Below, piece by piece: positions 1 through 13,480 of a stretch of 64,000 nucleotides of DNA. Positions within the stretch are counted from its first letter, which is position 1; every line of letters begins with the position of its first letter. The notes beneath the pieces are model-generated. The model was given only the letters and a program-made list of their open reading frames with translations. It did not search any database and had not been told where the DNA came from. The translations under genes and the position numbers were made by a program. The DNA comes from Bugula neritina (lineage: Eukaryota > Animalia > Bryozoa), in assembly GCA_964035545.1 (NCBI GenBank), contig OZ037772.1, positions 5,584,233-5,648,232 on the forward strand, read 5' to 3'.

Positions 1-376
1 TTCGCAGGCAGTTCAGGTGTGTCTACTTTAGTGTAGAATTAATTGTGTTCATCTTATTCTTTGAGTGTCGGTGTGGCTTGTTGGGTACAACCACATTTAG
101 GTAGACATGGACGTGCCTTGTGGGCGTGTCTTTTGTGGGCGTGTCTTTTGTGGGCGTGTCTTGTTTGGTTCAACCAGTTTGAGTGCTGATTTAGCAAGAC
201 TGATTTTCATGGGCGTGTCTTGTGGGCGTGTCTACTATGTATTCTCTCTTGTAGTCATTCAGATGGTTCTCGGAGGTGGGAGACTGGGAAACTGCGATGA
301 GCAGCTGGTCAAGACTCGTTTGTATTTACTCTGGAGCTTTCGTCATGTGGGCAATCGGCGGCCGACTTAAAAGGAA
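1..376 (+). CDS. PTGES2: PTGES2-like exons, copy 1 (5' part outside window): exon tail 1-16 and exon 255-376
   Basis: Exon 255-376 (ag/gt bounded) translates SFRWFSEVGDWETAMSSWSRLVCIYSGAFVMWAIGGRLKR, matching the PTGES2/Su(P) helix region; near-identical to 29772-29893. Confidence 0.85.
107..232. repeat. Intronic ~14-bp GC-rich tandem repeat (gtgggcgtgtcttt)
   Basis: Several copies of tgtgggcgtgtctt visible; equivalent at 29600-29750. Confidence 0.85.
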
Positions 377-388
377 GTAAGTGCTATG

Positions 389-1268
389 ATAGAGTATTTA
401 CTAAGTAAGTACAGTGGTATAGTATTTACTAAGTAAGTACAGTGGTATAGTATTTACTAAGTAAGTACAGTGGTATAGTATTTACTAAGTAAGTACAGTG
501 GTATAGTATTTACTAAGTAAGTACAGTAGTACACTGTATTCGGTGTTTATCATCCCACCTATTATGTCGATTTTTGTTTCTGTTACATGCTTGTGAAATG
601 AGTATTTACTAAGTAAGTACAGTGGTATAGTATTTACTAAGTAAGTACAGTGGTATAGTATTTACTAAGTACAGTGGTATAATATTTACTATGTAAGTAC
701 AGTGGTATAGTATTTACTAAGTAAGTACAGTGGTATAGTATTTACTAAGTAAGTACAGTTGTATAGTATATACTAAGTAAGTGCAGTGGTATAGTATTTA
801 CTAAGTAAGTACAGTGGTATAGTATTTACTAAGTAAGTACAATGGCATAGTATTTACTAAGTAAGTACAGTGGTATAGTATTTACTAAGTAAGTACAATG
901 GCATAGTATTAACTAAGTAAGTACAGTGGTATAGTGTTTACTAAGTAAGTACAGTTGTATAGTATATACTAAGTAAGTACAGTGGTATAGTATTTACTAA
1001 GTAAGTACAGTGGTATAGTATTTACTAAGTAAGTACAATGGCATAGTATTTACTAAGTAAATACAGTGGTATAGTATTTACTAAGTAAGTATAGTGGTAT
1101 AGTATTTACTAAGTAAGTACAGTGGTATAGTACTTACTAAGTAAGTACAGTGGTATAGTATTTACTAAGTAAGTACAGTGGTATAGTATTTACTAAGTAA
1201 GTACAGTGATATAGTATATACTAAGTAAGTACAGTGGTATAGTATTTACTAAGTAAGTACGGTGGTAA
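389..1268. repeat. 26-bp minisatellite (tagtatttactaagtaagtacagtgg)n, interrupted at ~532-600 by a copy of the downstream flank
   Basis: About 30 near-perfect units; the ~70 bp block ctgtattcggtgtttatcatccc...gtgaaatgagt occurs at ~534-603 and again at ~1271-1339. Confidence 0.95.
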
Positions 1269-1377
1269 ACTGTATTCGGTGTTTATCATCCCACCTATTA
1301 TGTCAATTTTTGTTTCTGTTACATGCTTGTGAAATGAGTGTTTTTATCACTCGGCTGTATTATTACTAGAATCACAG

Positions 1378-3287
1378 CAATACTCTGGTGTTCTGTATTC
1401 AATTAGATGATCTCTCAGGGAAACATCTGTTATGTCACCTGTATGACTACGATCAGTTTGTGAAGACGGAGAAGGTTGGAGTTGTCCAACTGCGTTTAAA
1501 TAGTCTACCACATGATGAGTCATTATACGTAGAGAAACACATTGACAGATGTCTACCTGAGTCACATGACCATGAAGAGGTGAATATGTTTCATTATTTA
1601 AGAATCACAGTACACAGTGAATACAGTATTCTAAATAAAATAAAACTACATATAATTATACATATAACATTTGATATTATAGTATTTACATTATGCATTT
1701 GTAATGCACCTGTGTGTGTTGCATTCATCATAAATTAATACGATTCTATGTAGCTATATGAAATGTGTTTATAATGTATGCAAAAGAAACATAAATAGAT
1801 AATAAATGCTGCGAGCTGCAGAGTATGCATGTGTACAGGACTTTATCTATTTATTTATAGTATTATATATGTTTCACAAATTATCCTTTAGAATTATGTC
1901 GGAGAGCTGCTGTTTTCCGTGAAGAGCACAAAGGCTAAAGATAATCTTACGCTCACCTTTTTCTTTGCTAAAGCAAAAGATTTACACATAGAAGACGAAA
2001 TCGCAGTACTGGGTAAGCAACTTCAAAGATAGCTGACGCTTTAAAAGCTGTGTTAATGTGAACAATATATAACTTTCACTAAAGTGCATATAAAAAAGAG
2101 TGATGTATATTTTATAACTATTACATAATCAAAAGCCAATGTGGTAGAATGGTAGCATACTGGCTTGCAACCCGGAGTACTCGTCTTGGGTTTGACTCCC
2201 AGTGGGGGCAAAAGTTGTACATGTTATTTCAACCTCTCGTAAAGTTTTATAGTAGTTAAAGTAATCCGAGGTAGTTAAAAGATTGGGGAGGGGGATGGAG
2301 GGGGGAGGGAGGATGTCTAAAGCAGTAGTAGAAGAGCCCGCAAAGTTCTAGAGAACTGGGTGGGACGTATTGTTGAGTTTACCCAGCAGCCCCTGTGGTG
2401 CGATGGTAGCGTGCCTGCTTGAAAACCGGAGCTGTGTGGTGCAACTCCTGCGTGGCAGGGACCAATTTTTATAGAGATATAATATATTTTAAAGGAATAT
2501 AATATATTTTATAATTATCAGATGCTCAAACTCTTAATTTTTAAAAATATTCTAGGTCTAACGGTAAGAGTGACGGTGCTAGAAGATGGGAAGAAGTTGA
2601 AGAAGAAACGTACTGTAGATAACATCAAAGTGACTACTAATCCACTCTTCAACCAGGAGATAGTTCTAGCTCTGCCTCAACATGTGAACCTAGCTGATAT
2701 GAGTATAGTCGTAGATTTGTGCAAAGTGAAAATCAGTAGTTATGAGGTGAGGGCGTCTATCAAGGAGTTCCGCTGTTCTGTAGATATTATTTCATATATC
2801 AACATTTCTATAGCATAACCTGGAAACTCGAGTTATGTTAAGGCTGAGTTTAAGTCATTTAGACTTGCTTGAACACTTGAGTTATATTGCTATGGTCGGT
2901 TGCCTTTTATCTAAGAATATGCTTTAAAAATAATTAGTGTTTAACTTTCATCTTCATCAACATTTTGGTGGAACTGGAAAAAAAATCTTTCGTCATAATT
3001 AATATCTTGAACAAAAATGCTCAGTAACTTAGTCACTATTTGCTCAGTTTCTAATAATCATCAGATGTTCTGTGAACTCCATCCATGGTACCTGCTGGGC
3101 ACCTGCTCACACACTATGAATACATACTGACACTTATACTTGACAGGTGGTTGGTAGAGTGTACATCAGTGCAGACGGTGACAAGAGAGGAGCTGAACAT
3201 TGGAGAGAGCTTCAGCATTCTCTCAATACCAACAATAAGAGTTTGGAGTGGTGGCACCAGCTGAAGAAAGTAGCCAAGGGGAGCTGA
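1378..3287 (+). CDS. Synaptotagmin-type tandem C2 exons (partial C2A + complete C2B), copy 1: exons 1378(or 1370)-1579, 1892-2012, 2556-2746, 3147-3287
   Basis: Phase-compatible GT-AG exons give ...LSGKHLLCHLYDYDQFVKTEKVG...NYVGELLFSV...DGKKLKKKRT...TTNPLFNQEI...VVGRVYI...GAEHWREL...WWHQLK*, hallmark synaptotagmin motifs (YDxD, GELLFS, KKLKKKxT, NPxFN, HW, WHxL). Confidence 0.85.
2135..2210 (+). mobile_element. Degenerate tRNA-derived (SINE-head-like) sequence
   Basis: A-box-like tggtagaatggtagc, cttgcaa loop, B-box-like gggtttgactccc; relatives at 2389-2464, 12689-12735, 31043-31119, 31292-31343, 40649-40690, 52157-52231. Confidence 0.55.
2389..2464 (+). mobile_element. Degenerate tRNA-derived (SINE-head-like) sequence
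   Basis: gcccctgtggtgcgatggtagcg...ggtgcaactcc; same family as 52157-52231. Confidence 0.5.
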
Positions 3288-4245
3288 GGCTATCTAGTAT
3301 TGTACTGTACGAGTAACTTGTACCCGTCTCAACCTAGTCAGTGTGATAAACAGAGTGCACTAAGTCACAGCGGACATTGTGTCAAAGTGCTGAATAATTT
3401 ATTATAGTTATATTATATAGCCTACTATAGTTTTTATCATTTAGAGTTCATGACTTCTGTATTATTGTAAATAAATCTCAGTATTTAAATCAATTCTGAT
3501 TGGTTTGTATTTAAACTAGGTCAATGATGACAAATGACAATGATAAGCAAGTTTCATTTTACTAGTTGTTGGTTTATAATGGTCTCCATTATGTGATAAC
3601 GATTGGGATTTGTTAATATACTGGCAGGTTACATGATATGCTTTTGATATAAAAAGTAAAATACACAACTATAAAATACCTGTTTATAAATCTTATAAGC
3701 TTCTATATACCTTCGCCATTACATGCTACTTGTTAGAGTCATACTATATCATTTGATGTGACTAAAATATTGGATATAAGCAAGAAAATATTCTGCAAAG
3801 CCAATAAAAGGAAATGATTCACTGACTCCACTGACTACAATTTATTTCAAGTCTATAATATAGTATAACTCATAGTAGTAATAGAGAAAGGTGCAGGTCA
3901 GTGTTATAGATGGTTAATGCACAGATTTGTGACTTTTTGGCCAAACATTTTACTCCTCTTAGGATATGCAGCTACCAATGCAATCTAATAAACAATTTGT
4001 TTCGGATGCTTAAGAATTTGAATAAAGAAATGTGTTAGCTTTTAATAACTGATGGATAATAGTTATTATATTGTTGCTATTGAGAGAGAATTGTAGTGTA
4101 AGAGTAGTCTGCTCTTCACATCGCTATTGCGTCAAATGCAGTACAGCTTTCGGCTAATGTAACATCGGAATTATTCCCGGTGAACAAATGATTCAGCAAC
4201 GTCTGTTTTGCAGACTTTATCTATAGTACGTAAAATTTCCAACTC

Positions 4246-4419
4246 GGGAAATTTCTATTACTCATCTGTAGCGCAGTTTCATTTTCAACTTCCTCGCAGC
4301 AGCTTGCAAAGCAGTTTTGAGTAGAACTAGTCCTAGAAGTAGGTCAATCATATCCATTCGATTGAACACAATTACTATTAGAATTGAAGAACCTGAGTCA
4401 CTCAGTGAACACTTTTTTG
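4246..4419 (+). promoter_or_regulatory. Putative promoter and non-coding first exon of TRIM copy A: kappaB-like GGGAAATTTC (4246-4255), ISRE AGTTTCATTTTC (4275-4286), AP-1 TGAGTCA (4394-4400), splice donor after 4419
   Basis: Motifs read directly; conserved in paralogous region 33150-33320; donor ttg/gtgagt and acceptor tgtag 7 nt before the ATG at 4992. Confidence 0.6.
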
Positions 4420-4991
4420 GTGAGTCAATTTTAATTTACCATATTTACATTCAACTTTTACCTCTAGCTATTAGGATTATGGTTATAACATTAAATGTAA
4501 TCATCCATCACATTGTGATTGTCATTAGACTTAGTTTTAAAAATACATCATTGCCACTGTGATTGTCATTGTGATTGTGACTGGCAGATTGCAATGCTTG
4601 CTCTCAGTCCCACTTAACTAATATCAAAATGAATGATAAAGGTATTGTCATTTTCATAATGAATTAATTATTAACTTTAACAATAATAGGTTGAACGTTA
4701 ATGAATCACTAACTGTAAGTTGGTTAACACCACAGTCGAAATGACGACAGCCTCGAACGCAAAGTTACTACCTAGTCTAGTGTCAGCCCTTGCTAGATGT
4801 AGATGTAAATAATTCAATATTAATATCAGATAGTTGGTGATAGAATTGTTTGCTGTTCTTTTAACTTGGGCAATGTCCAAATCTTCTTTTAATTCTCTTG
4901 CCATCCACTTGTATAAGTATTGATAACTGCTCTGAAATCATTGTGATCAACATGATTGTGTCGTCCTAATATGATGTAATTGTAGAACAAA

Positions 4992-7900
4992 ATGGCATCC
5001 AAACCACAACCAATGGTGAGATGTACTATTTGTTTATCTACACTCAAATTAGAGGAATGTAAGGCACTACCTTGTACTCACCCACACTGTGACAAGTGTT
5101 TGAATGAATTCTATGGAAGGCTGAATGCTCTTAAATGTGAAATATGTCGGTAAGTTTATGTCAAAGTCTTTGCTATGTGGTTTTCGCTACGTCTACTGTC
5201 TAGTATATATTACAGTTAATATAATATCACAAGGTGGAACGGAGCGAATTATACTATGAGTGTTGATTGATAAATGTTCTCTAAGACAAAACTAATTGAT
5301 GATCTATCAACAATAAATCAATCATTTATGTTATAGACAAGTGTTCAATACAACACCTGATAAGTTACCAACAGCAGGCCAGATGAAACAGATAGACAAG
5401 TCTATACTCTGTGAAGTCTGTACAAAATCAGGAGAGAATAATACACCTGCTCTGGTGTATTGTTTAGTTTGTTCCAAACTGTACTGTGCTAAACATGTCA
5501 TTGTAAGTTAACAATATTTTTTGTGTTTTCTGTGTATATATCCTTATATGTGATATTTTGAAACTGAAAGCTTGAGATTTTGGTGATACTTTGCAGAGAA
5601 ATAATTTAATGGCTTTGCAACAAAGTATTTACAATATTTGATTTAATTCATTATTCGAAAACATTTATATTTTATTTTCACTTGTTTTCACTCATTTGCT
5701 CACATGAATTGGTTTTGTGTCTTTACCTCCTAACATTTATCGATCAGCATGCTGTAGTTTATTATACATGAGATAAAAGTTATGATCAAGAGACATAACT
5801 GTCAAGATTGTTTTCTTACATTCATGCTTTTATTGTAATAGATTGTACAATATATCTTTAAATAATATTAAATTGTATACTATTGCATATATACTTTAGG
5901 CATTATACGATCATGACATTAGGACCATTATAATATGAATATTATATATGCAATCTTAGATGTAATATCGGTAGTAAGCCACAAACTCTTTTGAATATAT
6001 TTATCTTAGGATCATGATACTTTGTCTGAAGAACATTCTAGAATTAATGTGACAGAATACAAAGCTCGCGCTGCTAAGTTAGAGAAGAAAATGTGTGAGA
6101 CACATGCAGACGTAGAGTATTCTTTGGGTTGTAAAGTCTGTCTCAAACTATTCTGTACTCAGTGTGTACCTACAGCTGGTGTATGTGATGATGGTAAGTG
6201 TCTATTCTTCTGTTTACTTGCTATATATATTACATGATTCAGGTACACAACAGCTTATACATTACTTTGTATATATTACTTCAGGTACATCACAGCATAC
6301 ACTCTTGACATTGAAAGATTTAACAATGCAGCTGGTGGAAATCACAAAGTTAAAGACAAGAGAAGACAACTTATCTGGTTATTACAAACAGATAGCTGCA
6401 AACATTGATGAGTTTCGAACTGAAACCAAGAAGCTGCTGATGATGCTATGGAAACAGCGTGATGATCAGGTGATTATTACATGTTTTTTAAATTTGATAA
6501 TTATAAAGATCATATAGAAACTGTGAGAGTTTGTTTATAACTTTTCTATTATCATCTGAGATAACCTACTTTTTTGGTAAAACTATTCTATCCTGTCTAA
6601 CATTCAATGTGAATGTATTTAGATAGCAGCTATTCAACAGAAGTATGACAAACTAGAGAAAGAACTGGTAGAGAAGAGAGATAAGACTGAAAGTCGAGCA
6701 GTGAATTTCATGGTAGAGGAAGTTGGGGCTAGATATTGTGAGCTGTATAATCACAGAACAGGAATAGAGGCTAAGTTAGACCAATGTCATGAGGTTAGTT
6801 GCAGAGCATATATAGTAGATGTTAGGATCTGTAGCAGTTTTATGCAATATTTCGGTGTCTTTATAAAATTTATATATTTTTTGTTTCTCTATCTGTAATT
6901 AACATCTAAAGATTATATAAGTAGAAAATGGATCAGGTAATGACCAGTAATGGGACTACTATAATATAGGGCTGTCCAACATTTATGCCACCCTCAAAGA
7001 CATAAAGCAAAATTTTTTGCTCAGATATACTAATAAAAGTGGAAAAACACCCTTAATTAAATGCCTTTTTGTATACATTGCTAAAACATACAGCCTGTAT
7101 TAGTTAACAGGACTTCATTGTGTAACAATTTATAGGAATTTTGAATGAAGCAATTAAGAAAATACTGTCACTGTGTTCACAGTTCAAGCTAAGTTTAACA
7201 GACTGGTCGTTGTCATTAGAATATTTCACTTCATTTGCCCTCGGTCTGAAAAGGTTTGACACCCGGTACTATAATGCTATATGACACTGTATTATAATAC
7301 CGTAGGATACTGTATAATACAATAATACCATAATTATTACTTATAATATCATAGGATACTGTATATAGTACTATAGAACATTATATAATACTATACGTTA
7401 CTGTATAATACCATAGAGTACTGTAAACTACTGTATAGGATACTGCAGTATAATAGTTAATAGCATATGATACAGTATAGTGTATAATCGTATAGGACAC
7501 TTCACAATATACTATAGGATAATATTTTATAATACTATATTAGGATGCTGTATTTAATACCATATAGCACACTGTCAAATTTGAAATTTGTGCTTTCTTA
7601 GGGTACAGTTTAATAGCTTAAACTTCACCCATTAGTTTGTAGAAGTCTGTTTCCCTTATACTGCATTGCAATCTCTATCCTTCAATGTTTTGCATTGCAA
7701 TGCTGCTTTTTAGATTTTTTTGTTGGTGTCAAATGTAGCATTGTTGTTGATCTCATTGTCCATACTCGACCCTGACATGCTCGATAATATAAGCAAACAA
7801 CTCCCAAGCACCTGCTACACAGTGTCGCATTGTCTGTATATTTAATATTGTTAGGTTGACATCATCAAGTCATATCGTGATATGAAGAAGGAGATTGATA

Positions 7901-10127
7901 GACTGTTGACAGAAGAGATTCCTAAGTTAATGGATTTTGATTTTGTAACATCAGTTAAAATCAAAGGTTGGTTTTATATGTTATCCATGCAAAATTATTT
8001 AAAACAATATATTGAATAGAACTATAATAAATGGTCATTTTATGACATTTTGTTATGTCTTGTCGTATTTAAATAACATCATCACGGAAGTATATTTTGA
8101 CTTTTAAATTTAGGGTATATATTATGTATGTAAGTTATATGTTGCTAACTGTTACATTTCCTTCGTTTGGTATTTCACTCAATATAAATAAACTCTTGCA
8201 AGTCTATAGTCGCCATCCCTGTGAGAAACTTTTGAGGTTTTTGTTAAAGAGGGCTAAGGACTTATTTAAATGAGGCACAAGAGCAATTATGACTGGATGC
8301 TCTTCCTAGCATCACCAATAGCCTTTGTCCGGGCTCGAATCCTTGACTTTGTGCTTACTGAGCAATCGATCTAACTCATAGACTACGGCTGCTCTCAGAA
8401 ATATGCCCTAAGCGAGGACATATATTTTTAGGAGCAGCCTCAGTTTAGGAATTAGCGTGTTTGACTAGTATTTCACTTTATATATTTGTCTTATAAAAAT
8501 ACATTATACATAATAGTTTAATTTAACATGATGAAAGCATTACTATAATGATATTTTCCAAAACTGGGTTTATACTATTGCCACACTACATCCCTACAAT
8601 ATACTATTACACCATGTTTTGAAGTAAATAATGTTAGTGGGAATCTTTAGTATTTAATTTACACTGAGGAGGAAGTGGCCTACATCTCCCCCAATCTGTA
8701 TACTTCTCTCAACTATTCTATAGATTTACACACTTGTGCAATAGCTGTGCTTATACTCTTGGAGAATACTAATACAAGTTTTTGATGAACATAACCTAAT
8801 TTAATATACTAGTATATCACTAAATAGAATATCATTAGAATTGATTTTAATATTTTGTTGACATGAAGGGAGCTGCTGATTTTTTAAATTTTTTTAATAG
8901 TTGATTCCCATAAAAATAATCTGGTACGGAAAGCAAAATTGCAATTAATATTAATTTTTCAAATGGAAAGTGCACGGTCATTGCAGTGCTGCTATAGCAC
9001 TGCTGTTTGTGTAGTGATGCACCAAAATATTTATGTATATGTTTACATATCTGCTAGCTTTTCTGATGTATCAGCTGTTTTATATTATATTACCATGTCA
9101 TGCATGTCAATATTTTTATCACAGAAGAGCAAAGAAATACAGAGGTTGAGTTGACCAATGAAAGAACAGCAAGGATAACTCCTGAACAAGGACTGGTTCT
9201 CTCACCTCCACCACCCAAGGCTGTAGAACTGATAAAAGCTGTTGAAGTTTCTCCACACTGCTATTCTGTTCACACTTATAAAGGTGTCACATATGCTGGG
9301 TGTTATAGAGGTGTAGACAGGATAGATGAGAACAACAAAGTTACTAAATCATTCATCTCTATTAAAGGTAGCATTGTGTGGAGTATCTCAGTACATAATG
9401 ATAGGATATATACTCTGTCTACTGGCTCTACTGTAAGAGTTCATGACCTTGAAGGGAAGTCCATCACCAGCTGGACTCATACAGATAAATCAGGTCGGCT
9501 GTTTCAGCCGATGAATCAGCTTGCCATCATAAACAATCAGATAGCTATTCCTGACGGGCTGGATAGTACTCTAGTATTCTACTCTCTGAATGGGGAGGTA
9601 GTAAACACTCTACCTTGTCCTCTACTCACTGATACTATTGAACGTCTGTCTGCTGCATATGATAACTCAATTATTATATCACAGTGTGACTCATCTCTAG
9701 TATACAAAATAGACACCTCAACAGGTGACATCATCTGGCAGTGTAAGGAATTGACTGCACCTCGTGGAGTGATCTGCTATAGAGATGAGTTTGTAGTTGT
9801 GGCTGATAATACTAAACCTACCCAACTCTGTGTACTATCATTACATACAGGTTAGTTACTGTGTAGAATACACATATTTGATGTATATGCATTGTAATTT
9901 GATGAAATGAGTTCATACATATTTCTTGCTACAAATAAACTGCACTATCTTTATATTATCTTCAATTCTTAAAAAAACACTGTGTTTTTCTCCTCACAGG
10001 CAAGTTACTAACCAGGATATCTACAGTTGAAACCAGTTACATTCATGATCTACACATCACTGGCTCTATTCTAATAGCTTCAGCATGCTGTTCTTATAGA
10101 CAAGTCAATCTCTATCAGATCAAGTGA
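4992..10127 (+). CDS. TRIM gene copy A (RING-Bbox1-Bbox2-coiled coil-NHL-like beta-propeller), intact, 609 aa; exons 4992-5149, 5337-5502, 6010-6193, 6285-6469, 6623-6793, 7855-7966, 9125-9850, 10000-10127
   Basis: Exon1 CTIC..LPCTHPHCDKC..CEIC (C3HC4 RING); exon2 CEVC..YCLVCSKLYCAKH; exon3 CETH..CKVC..CTQC; helical exons 4-6; ~40-aa beta repeats with PRGV..VVVAD in exon 7. All introns GT-AG, phases consistent. Confidence 0.92.
7268..7570. repeat. Degenerate ~20-bp minisatellite (ctgtataatactatagga..) in TRIM intron 5
   Basis: Repeated tactgtata/atactatagga; same family at 17915-18033, 35830-36110, 45610-45870, 58165-58390. Confidence 0.7.
8180..8467 (-). mobile_element. tRNA-derived SINE-like insertion with 10-bp target-site duplication
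   Basis: gtatttcact flanks at 8170-8179 and 8468-8477; absent from the same intron position in copies B, D, E; minus strand has A-box-like gtagtctatgagttag and B-box ggattcgagccc. Confidence 0.7.
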
Positions 10128-12472
10128 AAGTGAACTGATAGACTGGGATTCTCCAATAAAGGTCAGTAAATTTTGTTGTGAGAGGTACTGAGTGCCTTTC
10201 TAATTCATTTTTCTAAAGCTGCTTTGTATTGAATAGTTTTACATTGCATCTTGTTGTATAATATTGTGTGTTGCACTGCATTTTATTGCATAGAAATATT
10301 ATGACTCTCTATAGTATTTTAATAATATTGTTGGTTAACTATATAGTAGTGTGCACATTATCACCAGTTATCTCCCCTGATTATTTATTAATCAGTAGTT
10401 AAATTATAAAGCAACAGTTTACAATACAGTGTATGTACTAATGTATCATAGTATTGTATTATTATAACATGGCAGATATTGCATATACTAGACATCTCTG
10501 CTATGCTGTGTAGAAAACATCATGTTGAGTCATACATAAGGAGTTATCTTCCTAGTACGTCACTGCTTTAATGAGTCAACTAAGTCAGTTCACTTCACTA
10601 TAGACGTCTGCATGTTTAACTTCCTACTTTACAGTGGACTACTAGACAGGCTATAACCACCAAATTTTACAAGCGCTATTTTGCATTCATTATTATCACT
10701 CAAGTTCTTCTACGGCTGCATTATATACCGGAAAATCCAGGCTATTGTGTGTTATATCAATTATACACAATATATTACTACAAATATGTAAACTTTATAT
10801 AACAATCTTATATCAATATCTTAGATCATTTATGCACAATATATTTCTGTAATGAATCTGTAAACTTTATAGGCTATAAAAGTATTTATTGGTGGTGGCT
10901 ACATATATATTATGTACTTTAAATTTGCAAAAGTTTCTTTGAATTTCCTATTATTTTTTATTCTGACTATAAATTTTGTTATTTGCAATTATCTAGCCAA
11001 ATTAATAGTGTCTATATTTCCTGTTTTAGAAATTACTAATGTATCAGATTTTGTTATTAACATGAACAGGTTGCTTTGTTAGATTGAGATGTGACATGCT
11101 GTGAAGCTGTTTTCAGTTATGATATGGAGTTATTATCAGTATAACAAGAAATAGCACATTATATTCCTTTACAATATGCAGTGCCTTTGATAAAGATTTG
11201 ATTACTTTTTATTTAGCAATTATTTATTCTTCAGCTAATAAAGAGAAATCCAAAATTCCATCCAGTTTCACTTTGTGAATAATCTGTAATTATTTTGTTC
11301 TCGCCCTCTCGAAAATATCACTCATCTATTGGACATGTTACAAATATAGGAATTGGTCAGTAGTTCATAGACAATCAATTTTCATTTAGTATAAACTGTT
11401 TTTAGTACTTTGCAAAAATTCCTTTTTATAAAACGAAGTCGAAGTTATCTTAATGCAAGAGAATAATTTTTTCCTAGAGAATAAAGCCACTAATAATTTG
11501 AATGCAACTAAACTTGCCTTCTCCTCTTCAGCACAGCTTATTATATAATGCACTATTAAGTGATATTATTATATAAGCTGAAATTAAAGCTGTGACCAAA
11601 ACACTAGTTCTACAAAAGATATGGCAGCTGATATTTCTACAAACTTGAACTACCCTTCATTTAGCCAAAAAGCAAAACGACTTCTATCTACAAAGTATTG
11701 GAATACAGAGAATTTCTTTCGCAGTAAGTTATCTTTATATAGAATGTAAATGTTATATAATAAAATCAGAGATCAAGCCAAAAACAGTATCTGCTTTGCA
11801 AAAGTAACTAAATTTCAGATAAAGTTCTGTCAACCATCTTGTTCTGTTCACCAAAACTCTTTAAACATTTCTACAAATTCAAACTGAATTCCATGCAGCA
11901 ACAACAATCAAACTGACGAGTTATATTATATATCAGACCATATGATATAAAATTTAATGATTTAGTATAACCTTTTGTGTGCCTCTTGTAACCTTCCACC
12001 TCTACTATAGTAAACATTGTACAAAGCATGATAATAATATAGTTACTAGTAATTAGAGTTGTATATACTGTGGTGAGTTATCTTATAATAGTATATAGGT
12101 CTAAGCTTGCTGTGTAAGCAGTGAGAAGGGAGTATATTTAATCGGAGTATAGTTATAGAAATATTAGAAGACATGTTCTGTTTTTAATAGTCAACACTGT
12201 TACATGCCCACATTAGGTACAATATTCATATACTTTCACTCAACATATACAAGCAACACTTTACGGAGCTGGTCACATGTTAGTAAAACTAAACTAAACT
12301 AGAAACAATAAACATATTTGGATAAGCTTTACTAGTAAGTCACCCTTTCTTTCATTATACTGGAATAAATCAATATCTCTCAATAGTTGGCAAATAATAA
12401 ATGTTCTATGTATACAATAAGATCTATGATTGCTCTGAATGCACCTATACTCTATAGAATAGATTCACTTTT

Positions 12473-13051
12473 CTGATTGGACACACAAAAGAGAGTTAAC
12501 CACTCCGCCCTAGTCGGAAATTCCAGTTTACATGCTACCTCTGCTACAGTATTCATAAATTTTAACTCAACATATACAAGCAACACTCTATGGAGCTGCT
12601 CACATGTTACTAAAACTAAACTAAACTAGAAACAATAAAAATACATAGATGAACTTTACTAGTAAGTCATTTTGTTTGGAATCCCGAAGGCCCTGTAGCG
12701 TAATTGGTTGTCCCGCCTGCTTGCAAGTCCGGTGGAGGCAATTATTTTACAAGTCACTCTCTTTTTCATTGGTGGAAAAAATCAATATTTCTCAATAGTT
12801 AGCAAACAATGAATTTCTATGTATACATTATGATCTATGATTGCTCTGAATAGACTTATAGAATAGATCCACTCTTCTGATTGGACACACAAAAAGGAAG
12901 GTAATAACTCCGCCCTAGTCTGAAATTCCAGTTCCTTATACAATCAGTCATGAGTTGTTCATGGAGATGCAGTTTCACTTAAGAATGGATTGTTGCAGCT
13001 TTCAGAGGAGTGTGTGGATACAGCACGTACTTCATTGATCATAAGATACAG
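12473..13051 (+). promoter_or_regulatory. Putative type-2 promoter and non-coding exon of TRIM copy B: duplicated CCAAT(ATTGG)-GC box-GGAAATTCC module, IRF half-site agtttcactt (12971-12980), donor after 13051
   Basis: ctgattgg...ccgccc..ggaaattcc at 12473-12524, repeated at ~12877-12930; cag/gtaatt donor; homologous block at 40837-41009. Confidence 0.55.
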
Positions 13052-13480
13052 GTAATTAGTCTAACAACTTTATTACTTTGACTTGTCACTTTTCAGCTGG
13101 TAATTATTTAAATTGCTAGTTTATTTAAAACAAAATACATTTATTCTATTTCAAGTATTATTATTAATGTAGTTGGAAAGCAAAACAATTTTAGTATTTA
13201 TACATTTTATCATATGTTTCAGCTGCTTTAAGCACTCTGGGTGACTTGTAACACCTGTTAGGGGTATTCATATGTGTAGTGTTTTAATATAATGTTGTAA
13301 GTACTGTAGTTACAGTAAAGAAGTTTCCACTATACAGAATATGTTATATAACATAATGAGCATTGGATACTATACTTCTTATATTTATGCTATTTAATAA
13401 AAAAACACATACCTATTGTACTTGTGTTATAATACCTGAAAATAAAAATGGCACTTATACTAATCTACTTGTAGGACAAA

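Noticed and set aside
107-370. 87-aa ORF (and 29534-29887)
   Set aside because: Made of an intronic repeat plus the wrong frame of a PTGES2 exon.
389-1268. CRISPR-like periodic 26-bp repeats
   Set aside because: No unique spacers, no cas genes, eukaryotic intron context; it is a minisatellite.
4698-4904. Minus-strand 68-aa ORF conserved at 33614-33820
   Set aside because: Lies in the TRIM 5'UTR intron; conservation is explained by recent duplication; no recognisable domain.
9100-9855. Stand-alone single-exon propeller genes (ORFs 9100, 19209, 36927, 46944, 59606)
   Set aside because: Their N-termini are intron read-through; a conserved acceptor and donor show they are exon 7 of the TRIM genes.
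4992-10127. Assigning a vertebrate symbol such as TRIM2/3/56/71
   Set aside because: No filamin domain and a divergent propeller; lineage-specific expansion, orthology cannot be supported without phylogeny.
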